Sequence record: OP729297.1
Reading direction: 5' to 3' (one strand)
Length of the DNA stretch: 64,000 nt
The notes beneath the pieces are model-generated. The model did no database searches. It saw only the letters and a list, made by a program, of their open reading frames with translations, and was not told the origin of the DNA. The position numbers and the translations under genes were made by a program. Below, piece by piece: positions 26,265 to 34,524 of the stretch (position 1 is its first letter; each line of letters opens with the position of its first letter).

Positions 26265-26836
26265 TGCAACGCCTTACGCGTATTAAGGCAGAGCACCTGT
26301 TAAGACGTCAAGGGTTACGTCAGGCCCTTGACTACTTTGACCAGACAGCTAACTCTCACCCGCTCTACACTCGTGACTTCTCGTTGAACGTGGTACTGAC
26401 CTCACACGCCATGTTGAACATCGAGCAAGGCCCGCAGTTAGAAATAAACCTGCTGCTCGCTTCACTCTTTCTCCGTATGCCGACTTCTTCGGACTACGAC
26501 TTTATGCACACCGTGAGTGCTGCTCGTAAGTTTTTTAAACTGCACCGCAACATAGGTAATGAGGACCGTGTGATCTCTTACATTCTCGATCAGGAAACAG
26601 AAATGAAACCTGTTACCGAGATGGGTAGCGTCCTGCACGACGCGGAGATCTTAACGTTCCTTATCCAACCACCATCAGCCATAATTGAGTTCGTTCGGCA
26701 GAAGACAGGTCAGGACGTTATCAGTTCTCGCCTCTTCCTCGAACGCATCGTTGTATCGCAAGTAATGTACACACCTCTCGGGCGTGAGATGCTCCGAGAT
26801 TTGTCTGCGTCTATCTTGGTTGATTTAAGGGCATAG
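26261..26836 (+). CDS. hypothetical protein, possible degenerate HD-fold
   Basis: Overlapping stop/start; LLLASLF and LHDAEIL loosely resemble HD-domain helices but the HD dyad is absent. Confidence 0.65.
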   Translation: MMQRLTRIKAEHLLRRQGLRQALDYFDQTANSHPLYTRDFSLNVVLTSHAMLNIEQGPQLEINLLLASLFLRMPTSSDYDFMHTVSAARKFFKLHRNIGNEDRVISYILDQETEMKPVTEMGSVLHDAEILTFLIQPPSAIIEFVRQKTGQDVISSRLFLERIVVSQVMYTPLGREMLRDLSASILVDLRA

Positions 26837-26838
26837 TT

Positions 26839-27183
26839 ATGGGCGACGAGGATTTCGACTTTGAATTTGGTGCGGACGATGATAGTGGTTACTACATCGA
26901 CCAACCACTCCACATGATCGTGGATGGTGACGAGCGCATCATTGGTCACCTCGTAGATTCAGGTGACACTGTGTTAATGTATGGAGGCTACTACGTTGTT
27001 GATGACGAAGAAAGCGAATTGGAAGCACAGCTTTTCGAAGTCCCAATCTTCAAGGTAGATCCTCTCGCCGATATTGCTATCGTTATGAATGCCGATGAAA
27101 TGCGATTGCGCCACAATGGTGAGTTGCTGACAATGGCATTCATTAACGATATTCCTCTGGTAGTTAAAAGCACGAGGCATTAA
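26839..27183 (+). CDS. acidic hypothetical protein (114 aa)
   Basis: Operonic ORF. Confidence 0.7.
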   Translation: MGDEDFDFEFGADDDSGYYIDQPLHMIVDGDERIIGHLVDSGDTVLMYGGYYVVDDEESELEAQLFEVPIFKVDPLADIAIVMNADEMRLRHNGELLTMAFINDIPLVVKSTRH

Positions 27184-27770
27184 TGATCAAATATATTTTC
27201 TTCGACATGGACGACACGGCATTTGATACGCATAACTTCATGTTGTGCTATCTGATGAACTTTGGGATCTATCCAGGCAGTGACACGTACATCACGCCAG
27301 AGAATGGACATGAGCCTTTCGTCGAAATGTTGGAAGATGGCCGCTTCATGCTTGAAGCCAACATGCGTGACTACTTCATCCAGACTGTTGCGATGTTGGT
27401 GCGTGAAGGTTTCAGCGTAGGCATTTGTACGCATCGTGGTTATCACGCTAAAGGTGAGCGCAACACACGCAAGGCACTTGAGAAGCACCTGTCGCTGTTT
27501 GATCATATCGAAGTGCTGGACAGTCGTCAACATCCAGATAAGATTGCCTACCTGAATGAGAAGTTCGGTGAAGGTACTTGGATTCTGGTTGACGACAATC
27601 CTGTTACTGCGGTGCGCGACAAGTTCACACGCGTCGGCGATCAACTGGTACTGCCTAACAATGTGATGCTGTTCACCAAAGGATGGAACACGCACATTGA
27701 TCATCCTCACCGAATTAGTTCATTCGACAAGAAACATTTCTTGCAAAATCTTCTCCCGATGTTGGGTTAA
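27183..27770 (+). CDS. HAD-superfamily phosphatase (5'(3')-deoxyribonucleotidase-like)
   Basis: Motif I FFDMDDT, motif II CTHRG, motif III K, motif IV LVDDNP. Confidence 0.8.
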   Translation: MIKYIFFDMDDTAFDTHNFMLCYLMNFGIYPGSDTYITPENGHEPFVEMLEDGRFMLEANMRDYFIQTVAMLVREGFSVGICTHRGYHAKGERNTRKALEKHLSLFDHIEVLDSRQHPDKIAYLNEKFGEGTWILVDDNPVTAVRDKFTRVGDQLVLPNNVMLFTKGWNTHIDHPHRISSFDKKHFLQNLLPMLG

Positions 27771-27797
27771 GAATTGTCTGAATATTTCACAATGTTT

Positions 27798-27804
27798 CTA
27801 ATTT
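27798..27804 (+). promoter_or_regulatory. class B promoter motif CTAATTT
   Basis: Just upstream of the structured intergenic element. Confidence 0.5.
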
Positions 27805-27810
27805 GTAACA

Positions 27811-28155
27811 GTACAAAACAGCGCATACGGAGTGTGTGCTGACTGTTTAGTTCGGCCTGTTTCTTTTGCCGAATTTGGGGATAGGCCGAACTCTTTTTTG
27901 TACAGACTCGGCCCAGAGTCACCCTAGGCCAAATAGCGTAACACCGCGTTATCGCTAATGGCCGAAAGCGGCTGCTCTAGGCTGCGAACGCTGCTACCTG
28001 CCGATAAGTTCGCAAGCCGCAAAGGGCGTAAGACCGCAAGCGCTACCGTGTCGGTGCATTCGAAAGACACGGGGAGAAAGCCCTGGCTAGACCGTCATCT
28101 GGCGAGGGTGGACTCCAATAGGTTTTTCACGGAGAGCCTATTGGAGTTTAAGACT
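27811..28155 (+). ncRNA. candidate structured non-coding RNA of unknown family (~345 nt)
   Basis: At least nine complementary stems found by eye, including perfect 10- and 11-bp helices; upstream promoter motif; terminal long hairpin; no credible CDS. Confidence 0.6.
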
Positions 28156-28192
28156 TTTCTGACTTTATTCTTGTGTGACTACTCGCAGTAAA

Positions 28193-28201
28193 CTGTAAAC
28201 A
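28193..28201 (+). promoter_or_regulatory. class A promoter motif CTGTAAACA
   Basis: 40 nt upstream of 28242. Confidence 0.55.
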
Positions 28202-28241
28202 TAATTCAGAAGAACGAGAAATTTTTAGCACAGGAGAATAG

Positions 28242-28439
28242 ATGCTTCGTAGACCAAGCTACCGTGTTGTCGCCGACTTGATTCAGGCTGACGGTACATT
28301 CACCACTCACACTGTTGAGAGTGGCATAAAAGATTATGACGTTGTGGAAAAGAAACTTGAGTCCATCAAGCAGAACCCGCCGTCCCACTTTAAGCAATTC
28401 TTCCGCGTGGTGCCACGCTGGGAAATGAGCTTTGCCTAA
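28242..28439 (+). CDS. small hypothetical protein (65 aa)
   Basis: AGGAG RBS, between a class A motif and a terminator. Confidence 0.7.
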   Translation: MLRRPSYRVVADLIQADGTFTTHTVESGIKDYDVVEKKLESIKQNPPSHFKQFFRVVPRWEMSFA

Positions 28440-28490
28440 TCGTCAGCGCCCACTGCCGATGTGTTATCATCCCAAACTTTGTAACACCAT

Positions 28491-28526
28491 AAGGACCCTC
28501 CATTTTGGATGTGGTCCTTTCTTTTT
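28491..28526 (+). terminator. intrinsic terminator
   Basis: AAGGACC..GGTCCTT stem followed by TCTTTTT. Confidence 0.65.
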
Positions 28527-28535
28527 GTCTAAAAT

Positions 28536-28544
28536 CTGTAAATA
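28536..28544 (+). promoter_or_regulatory. class A promoter motif CTGTAAATA
   Basis: Upstream of the clamp loader. Confidence 0.6.
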
Positions 28545-28581
28545 TCAGGTGTAACGCATCAAAACTATAGGGCGAAGTAAA

Positions 28582-29868
28582 ATGGCGAAAGAAGAAAAGA
28601 AAAAGAAGAAGTCGCGTTCGTTCGGTGACGATAAGCCATCGAAAAAGAAAGGCGGTTCTTCCGAGTCTGTAGAGTTGACCACGATTAACTTTGCAGACCA
28701 ATTCCGACCGAAGAAGATTGAAGACTATGTTGGTCAAGACCACATCGTTAAGATCATGAAAGGTTGGCAGAAGTCGAAAACGATTCCATCAACGATGATC
28801 ATTACTGGCCATCTTGGTTCTGGTAAAACAACGTTTGCTCGTCTGGTGGCGAAGTACATCAACTGTGAATCGTTCTCGGCCTGTGGCAAATGTCGTTCGT
28901 GTGAAATGCACGACCGCGGCGCACACCCTGACGAGCAAGAGTTCGATATGGGCGGTGAAGCTGGTAAAGTTGACGGCAGCCAGAAGATTGTGGACAGCGC
29001 ACCATTGAGTCCGATGTTCAAACGTCGTGTGTTCATCTTCGACGAATCGCATCTCATGTCCAGCGCAGCCGAATCGAAGTTCCTTAAGATCACCGAGCAG
29101 CCACCAGCGCACGTTGTATTCATCTTCGTAACAACGAACCCAGAGAAGATGAAGAACACGATGATCAGCCGCATGACGCAACTGCCTATCAGGCCGATTC
29201 CTACTGACGTGATTCATAAGCGTCTGTTGGAGATCAGTGACCAGCTTGATATCATGCCGAAGAAAGATAAGGCGCGTGATAAAGCAGACGCAGCATTGCA
29301 TCAGGTTGCTGAATATGCTGGTGGCCAGATGCGTGGTGCAATCACCATGTTGCAGAACATCTACGCTTCGGTGAAAGGTGGTGAGGACTTCGATAAGAAC
29401 CTCGTTGCCGAACTCGCAGCAGCAGATCCAGAGATCGATATGGAAGCGAAAGCTGTCCAGATGATCGGTGCGTATCTTGCGATGGACCTGATTGGTGTTA
29501 TTCAGTTCCTGCGTGAAGCGAACAACCCTCGTGCAATCGTAGCGAAAGCTCGTTGGATTATTCACGGTGTGTTGGGGCATTATGCCGAAACGAATAAGTG
29601 GCAGTCGGCTGGCCTCAAGATGTTCATGAACATGGTCAAGAAAGACAACATCAAAGTCAATCTGGTCAGTTTGGTGTATCTGCAATCCGCATTAGCAGAA
29701 GCCGAAGTAGCATTCAACTCTACATCGGTGCCAGCAGATATCATGCTGGAAACTGTGACCACCAGAACCATGTCTGATATCTATAGCGGCAAGCTGGTGG
29801 TTGATTTGGGTAACGACGACGAAGACGACGAACCCAAAGAGAAGAAGAAAAAGAAAAAGAAGAAGTAA
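28582..29868 (+). CDS. clamp loader AAA+ subunit, DnaX (gamma/tau)-like
   Basis: FRPKKIEDYVGQ, GHLGSGKTTFARL, C..ACGKCRSC Zn module, FDESH, TTNPEK..ISR. Confidence 0.88.
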   Translation: MAKEEKKKKKSRSFGDDKPSKKKGGSSESVELTTINFADQFRPKKIEDYVGQDHIVKIMKGWQKSKTIPSTMIITGHLGSGKTTFARLVAKYINCESFSACGKCRSCEMHDRGAHPDEQEFDMGGEAGKVDGSQKIVDSAPLSPMFKRRVFIFDESHLMSSAAESKFLKITEQPPAHVVFIFVTTNPEKMKNTMISRMTQLPIRPIPTDVIHKRLLEISDQLDIMPKKDKARDKADAALHQVAEYAGGQMRGAITMLQNIYASVKGGEDFDKNLVAELAAADPEIDMEAKAVQMIGAYLAMDLIGVIQFLREANNPRAIVAKARWIIHGVLGHYAETNKWQSAGLKMFMNMVKKDNIKVNLVSLVYLQSALAEAEVAFNSTSVPADIMLETVTTRTMSDIYSGKLVVDLGNDDEDDEPKEKKKKKKKK

Positions 29869-29875
29869 ATAAGTG

Positions 29876-29907
29876 AAAAATGGGTGGCCAAAGTGCTGCC
29901 CATTTTT
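29876..29907 (+). terminator. intrinsic terminator
   Basis: TGGGTGGC-CAAAGT-GCTGCCCA flanked by A and T tracts. Confidence 0.7.
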
Positions 29908-29931
29908 ATTTCAGAAATGTCTGACTCAACG

Positions 29932-29938
29932 CTAATTT
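29932..29938 (+). promoter_or_regulatory. class B promoter motif CTAATTT
   Basis: Upstream of the MEIFVSLS gene at 29974. Confidence 0.55.
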
Positions 29939-29973
29939 TAATCCACAATTCACAATAGCGCTGGAAGACAATA

Positions 29974-30510
29974 ATGGAAATCTTTGTATCACTCTCGAAG
30001 ATTACACTTGGGTCTGAGGGCATGGCACAAATTGATAGCCCATGCACGACCCCTGACCTGAAGAAGCTCGCATCGCTTATCTTTGGTCTGGCCCGCTTCG
30101 ATCAAGACACCTTTGGTTCAATCACTACTCGCAAGGGCACACTGTCTGCCGTGCGTGAAGGCGAAGAAGGTGCTCTCTGGTTGTTAGGCGATAAGCGTCT
30201 TAAAGATGCTACTGACTTTGCCCAAATCATGAAGCCGATGCCTATGTTAGGTCCTAACGGCGTCGGTGATCTGTACATGACGCTCAACGTACCGCAGCGT
30301 CCTGCTCAATTCTTGATCTGCCCTAAAGGTGGTCACTCCATTATGTGGTTCGGTACTGAGAAAGCTCTTATCGACCACTACGCAGAGCGCGATGCCAAGC
30401 CATCTGTTAAGATGATGCTGACAGGCAACCGCGGTAATGCGTCCGTGATTCGTTCGTGGTCTGCCGCTGATATCGAAGACGAGGAAATTCTCGACCTTCA
30501 ATCAGCATGA
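29974..30510 (+). CDS. hypothetical protein with MEIFVSLS leader (178 aa)
   Basis: ORF track; leader family. Confidence 0.8.
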   Translation: MEIFVSLSKITLGSEGMAQIDSPCTTPDLKKLASLIFGLARFDQDTFGSITTRKGTLSAVREGEEGALWLLGDKRLKDATDFAQIMKPMPMLGPNGVGDLYMTLNVPQRPAQFLICPKGGHSIMWFGTEKALIDHYAERDAKPSVKMMLTGNRGNASVIRSWSAADIEDEEILDLQSA

Positions 30511-30597
30511 GGAGGTGATCCCAATCTCCTCGCTGACTACTGCGAGGTAAAATAATCGTAGTAGACTTAACAGTCGGGTGCATAGCGCGCCATCTAC

Positions 30598-30624
30598 AAA
30601 AGGGTGGCTTCGGCTGCCCTTTTT
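30598..30624 (+). terminator. intrinsic terminator (UUCG loop)
   Basis: AAAAGGGTGGC-TTCG-GCTGCCCTTTTT. Confidence 0.85.
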
Positions 30625-30640
30625 CATTTCTGGAGCCGTT

Positions 30641-31090
30641 ATGGAAATCATGGTCAGTTTGAGTGTGCGCTCTAGCCCACTCGAAGATACCAAAGTGAGT
30701 TTAGAAAACTCGCGTGACGATCTCAAAGGTGCGCAACGCAGAAGTAATGCGGCGCGTAAAGAACTGAACGACAAACAATCCGAGGGAGATACACGAGGTG
30801 TTGAGGTCGCACGTAAGAAAGTGCAGGACACTCAACGTTCGGTAAAGACCCAGCAGGATATCGTTCGCACCAACCAACAACGTGTGAGCCGTGCTGCTGT
30901 CGTTGATCGTTTGGTGAAAGAATGGAACCGTCTTGAGAAACTGAAAGGCACCGACCAAGATACTGACGCGACGAAGAAACAACGCGCAGCATTGTCTGGT
31001 CAGATCGCCGAAGCGCGTAAAGCGTTACAGCGTATCAAGCGTCCTAAATCCACAAGGCCTAAGAAGCCTAAGAAGCCACGGAGGTACTGA
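30641..31090 (+). CDS. basic coiled-coil protein with MEIMVSLS leader (149 aa)
   Basis: Start moved to ATG 30641 (GGAG RBS). Confidence 0.8.
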   Translation: MEIMVSLSVRSSPLEDTKVSLENSRDDLKGAQRRSNAARKELNDKQSEGDTRGVEVARKKVQDTQRSVKTQQDIVRTNQQRVSRAAVVDRLVKEWNRLEKLKGTDQDTDATKKQRAALSGQIAEARKALQRIKRPKSTRPKKPKKPRRY

Positions 31091-31374
31091 TGGAACTCAC
31101 CGTAGATCTTTCTAAGCCTGTGTGCAACGTACCAACTCCAGAACAGGACTACGCCGAACTTTGTAAGATTGACGCGAAGATTCGTGGCCTGATGATGGAC
31201 CAACGTGAAGCAATGCCTGCTGTTATTCATCTGATAGATGATGAACTGGTATGGCCTAAGCGCTTGCACAGACAGCTACGTCGGCGTATTGGTCTTGAAA
31301 ATGTTGATGGTCCGTTCTATGGAGACCACTACCTGGATAATGGTGTGCGCAAAGTGTTCGCAGGGGCTGCCTAA
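31090..31374 (+). CDS. hypothetical protein (94 aa)
   Basis: TGATG coupled start. Confidence 0.7.
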   Translation: MELTVDLSKPVCNVPTPEQDYAELCKIDAKIRGLMMDQREAMPAVIHLIDDELVWPKRLHRQLRRRIGLENVDGPFYGDHYLDNGVRKVFAGAA

Positions 31375-31391
31375 CGGTGGCCCTTCTTTTT
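31364..31391 (+). terminator. intrinsic terminator
   Basis: GGGCTGCC-TAAC-GGTGGCCC-TTCTTTTT. Confidence 0.75.
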
Positions 31392-31408
31392 GTCTATACC
31401 GATCAAAA

Positions 31409-31417
31409 CTGTAAATA
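31409..31417 (+). promoter_or_regulatory. class A promoter motif CTGTAAATA
   Basis: Head of the operon containing the SbcC-like gene. Confidence 0.6.
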
Positions 31418-31453
31418 ACGAGTATCATTAACACCAATACTTGGGCTTTAACC

Positions 31454-31666
31454 ATGAACCAGACTATCAATATCCGTGGCTCGAATAGCCGCTGGAACGT
31501 AATGCGTCACGATACCGATATCAATCCAGTAACAGGCAAAGAGGAGAAGACACCGCAGTGCATCTTCTCGTCTGCTACTCCTGTACCAGAAGAAAAACTG
31601 AATGAGCTGCGCCAGGTGTATCGTGCTGCTGACCTTTGGGTTGAGCGTCAGGGAGTATTCCACTAA
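31454..31666 (+). CDS. small hypothetical protein (70 aa)
   Basis: Coupled to the next gene (TAATG). Confidence 0.6.
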   Translation: MNQTINIRGSNSRWNVMRHDTDINPVTGKEEKTPQCIFSSATPVPEEKLNELRQVYRAADLWVERQGVFH

Positions 31667-31866
31667 TGACTGCTATCCAGCGCAAACCGATCGCTATGCC
31701 ACTGTGGCGTGTTTTAAAACCAATCGCAAGCGATACCCGCGACGAATCATATGCGTATGATGTGATCGCAGAATCTGCCGAGCCGTACACCGCTGATGAA
31801 ATCGAAGTATTCGAACAGATTCACGGTACAGGTCTTATCCAGGAAGAAACAATCGAGTACGTCTAA
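31666..31866 (+). CDS. small acidic hypothetical protein (66 aa)
   Basis: TAATG overlaps at both ends. Confidence 0.65.
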   Translation: MTAIQRKPIAMPLWRVLKPIASDTRDESYAYDVIAESAEPYTADEIEVFEQIHGTGLIQEETIEYV

Positions 31867-34202
31867 TGGGCAAAGCGAAGCAGAAGCAAAAACAGAACCA
31901 CGGCATCGGCCTGAAAGAAATTCATCTGCGCGATGTTGGCGTGTACAAAGAGCTTGATATCGACACACTGGACAGTGAAGGCTTCGCAACCATTTGTGGT
32001 AAGAACCTCGACAGTCCGAACGTTAAAGACAACACGAACGGTGTAGGCAAAAGCCTGTTGTTCGGTGCAATCCCTACGCTGCTGTATGAAGCTGATCCTC
32101 TTGCGATGAAGAAGAAAGACAAGGGGAACATGCTCGGCAAAGACAGTTCGATTGAGCTGGCGTGGGAATCACCTCTCGGTGGTGAAGTCCGTATCGTTCA
32201 AACCAAATCGAAGTATCAGGTGTTCTACAATGGTGAGAACCAGAAAGTAGATCGTCAGGATGTTGCTCGCTCTTGGGTGACGAAGCACTGGCCATTAACG
32301 CGTGACGAGTTCTATAGCTACGCATATATCCAGTCACAGATTCAGCATCCATTCCAACGCGCTACTCCTGCTGAACGCCTGTCTTACCTGACCTCGTTGT
32401 TTAACCTGGATGTGTTCGATAACATTCGCATGGCGTTGAAGAAGAAACTGGACTTGGCGAAAGACGCTGAGACAGAATCTAAAGGTCTGGCTGATATGCT
32501 GGACGTTACTCAACGTAAGCAGAACGCGTTGTCGATTCACGCCGAAGAAAAGAATACGCTCGCCTCAATCATCAAGCACTCTGATAAAATGAAGGCCAGA
32601 CGTAACGATCTGTCGGAGCAGTTGATTGAACTTGGTACTCAGCGCTCGAACGCGCGGAAATACGAAAAGCTCAAGCATCAACTCGACACGTTAGGCATCG
32701 AATGCTCTGACCTGAAAGGCGAATTGAATGCGCTGCGTGGTGAACTGATCGAGCACGACCGCTACGACGATTACGTTGAAGCACTGGAGGAGTACCAACA
32801 GGAACTCGCTGACGTTAAAAAGAAAATGAAGGCGCTCGGTGATGTTGCTGACCTCGACAACAAAAAGCTGCGCAAAGAACATGGACGCTTAGTCAAAGAG
32901 GAAGAGAGCCTCGAAGCGTTGCTGGAGAAAGTCGATGAACAACAAGAAGAATACGACGAGTGGCGAGAAGCCGTGGACAAGCTCAGTAAAAAGCTGTCTA
33001 AGCTCAAGGCTCCTAAGCGAACTCAGGAAGAGGCACAAGATTCCCGAGCAGAAGCCAAAGCGATAGTTCAGGCGTATCGTGCTTTCGAAGAACACGACCA
33101 CGACGGTAACTCTTGTCCTACCTGCGGTCAGGATGTTGACCTGAAAGCTATGGCGCGCGCTGCAACAAAAGCTCAGGCAATCATTGACGAGTGCATCGAG
33201 GCTTTGGATTATCACAAGCTCAACGATCAACTCACCGAATTGAAAGCTGAGAAGGTGAAGAAGCCTAAGCACAAGCGCAAGGACCTTGAGAAGAAACTCA
33301 AGGCAATCAGCACAGCACTGGACGCTATCGAAGAACAATTCGAAGCGGCTAAGAAGTACGAGAAGCTGGTGGCCAAGCGTGATGCGCTCAAGAAACCTAA
33401 AGCAGTGAAGCAGCCTAAGAAAGCTCGTAAGACGATCAAGAACCGAATCAAGGACCTTGAGATTCTGAAAGACCTTCGTGCTGCACTCAAAGCTGTTGGT
33501 GAACCAGAAGACCCGTTCTATATACTTGATGGTCGATATAAAAAGATTAGCGCCGAAGTTGAAAAGCTGATCACCGATATCGAGAAGAAGGAGCGTAAAG
33601 CGCAGAACATCCAGATGCGTATTCAGGAGCATGAGCACTACGAAGAAACGTTGCGTGAACTCCGTAGTAAACTCGCAGACCTGCAACCGCTGATTGATAA
33701 GCGCAAAGTATTCGAAGTCCTGTACAAGGCTTACAGCAACAATGCTCTCAAGCTGAAAGCGGTTGAAGGCCGTATCAAACAGATTGAGAAGAAGCTGAAC
33801 GAATACAGCGGTCTGGTGTTCCCTGAGCCGATGCACTTCGATTTGTTCACTACCAAGCAGGGTGTTGGTGCAACCGTTACGCGTGTGTCTTCTAAAAAGA
33901 CAACCGATATTGCAATCATGAGTGGTGCAGAGACAAACTGCTTCCGCCTGTTGTTTGCTGTAGCGATCATGCCATTCATCCCTGCTAACCGTCGCACGAA
34001 CTTTATCATTCTCGACGAGCCTGATAATAGTTGCAGCCCTGCGGTCAGTGAGCACATCATCAACAACTTCCTGCCGATACTCAAACAGATTATCCCGAAC
34101 ATTTACTGGATAACTCCGAATGATGTTGAGCACTTCTCTCATAATCAGTGGACGGTAACCAAGAAGCAAGGTACGTCTGCACTTACACGTAAGGTAATGT
34201 GA
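31866..34202 (+). CDS. SbcC/Rad50/T4 gp46-like SMC ATPase
   Basis: Walker A NGVGKS, coiled coils with CPTCG Zn hook, signature MSGAE, Walker B IILDEPD. Confidence 0.9.
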   Translation: MGKAKQKQKQNHGIGLKEIHLRDVGVYKELDIDTLDSEGFATICGKNLDSPNVKDNTNGVGKSLLFGAIPTLLYEADPLAMKKKDKGNMLGKDSSIELAWESPLGGEVRIVQTKSKYQVFYNGENQKVDRQDVARSWVTKHWPLTRDEFYSYAYIQSQIQHPFQRATPAERLSYLTSLFNLDVFDNIRMALKKKLDLAKDAETESKGLADMLDVTQRKQNALSIHAEEKNTLASIIKHSDKMKARRNDLSEQLIELGTQRSNARKYEKLKHQLDTLGIECSDLKGELNALRGELIEHDRYDDYVEALEEYQQELADVKKKMKALGDVADLDNKKLRKEHGRLVKEEESLEALLEKVDEQQEEYDEWREAVDKLSKKLSKLKAPKRTQEEAQDSRAEAKAIVQAYRAFEEHDHDGNSCPTCGQDVDLKAMARAATKAQAIIDECIEALDYHKLNDQLTELKAEKVKKPKHKRKDLEKKLKAISTALDAIEEQFEAAKKYEKLVAKRDALKKPKAVKQPKKARKTIKNRIKDLEILKDLRAALKAVGEPEDPFYILDGRYKKISAEVEKLITDIEKKERKAQNIQMRIQEHEHYEETLRELRSKLADLQPLIDKRKVFEVLYKAYSNNALKLKAVEGRIKQIEKKLNEYSGLVFPEPMHFDLFTTKQGVGATVTRVSSKKTTDIAIMSGAETNCFRLLFAVAIMPFIPANRRTNFIILDEPDNSCSPAVSEHIINNFLPILKQIIPNIYWITPNDVEHFSHNQWTVTKKQGTSALTRKVM

Positions 34203-34522
34203 TGATCTTCGGTCAACTCAATCGCGATCATGAAAAAGGTAGTGTGCCTATCGACCCTGCGTACATTAATCGCAATCCTCATATCTTTGCTAGGTATGAG
34301 GTTGTGTCCAGCATTAACTGCGTAGACGAGCAAGAGGAGTTTTACTACAAGACTCCTCTGCATAAAATGTTCGGCCTCTATCCTCAGGTTCGTAAGGTGA
34401 TGCGTCCTTCGCTGCGTGTGTATATGAAAGACCACCAGCTTATCTGTCATCCTACTTTGGCCAAGAACATCGAACGTACTTTGCGTGAGTACACGGCACA
34501 AGCATTAGACACAGTGGAGTAA
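34199..34522 (+). CDS. hypothetical protein (107 aa)
   Basis: Coupled start. Confidence 0.7.
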   Translation: MMIFGQLNRDHEKGSVPIDPAYINRNPHIFARYEVVSSINCVDEQEEFYYKTPLHKMFGLYPQVRKVMRPSLRVYMKDHQLICHPTLAKNIERTLREYTAQALDTVE

Positions 34523-34524
34523 CG

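Noticed and set aside
27811-28155. tRNA, tmRNA, RNase P or self-splicing intron identity for the structured element
   Set aside because: No T-loop GTTCRA with acceptor stem and CCA, no RNase P GAGGAAAGUCC core, and no interrupted flanking gene
27958-28191. 77-aa ORF within the structured intergenic region
   Set aside because: No RBS, runs through several stable stems and a terminator-like hairpin; better explained as non-coding, though not excluded
28582-29868. dnaX-type -1 frameshift in the clamp loader
   Set aside because: Lys runs read G-AAA-AAG rather than A-AAA-AAG and lie at the extreme termini, so no gamma/tau-like product pair follows
29820-29868. PKKKK-like eukaryotic nuclear localisation signals, suggesting a eukaryotic virus
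   Set aside because: Shine-Dalgarno sites, coupled operons, intrinsic terminators, sigma factor, DnaG and GH108 all indicate a bacteriophage
32889-34169. Long minus-strand ORFs opposite real genes (also 28789..29685, 48092..48868, 50095..50961, 58046..59086, 61877..62737)
   Set aside because: They lie fully opposite motif-bearing genes, as expected from codon bias; no recognisable motifs or RBS
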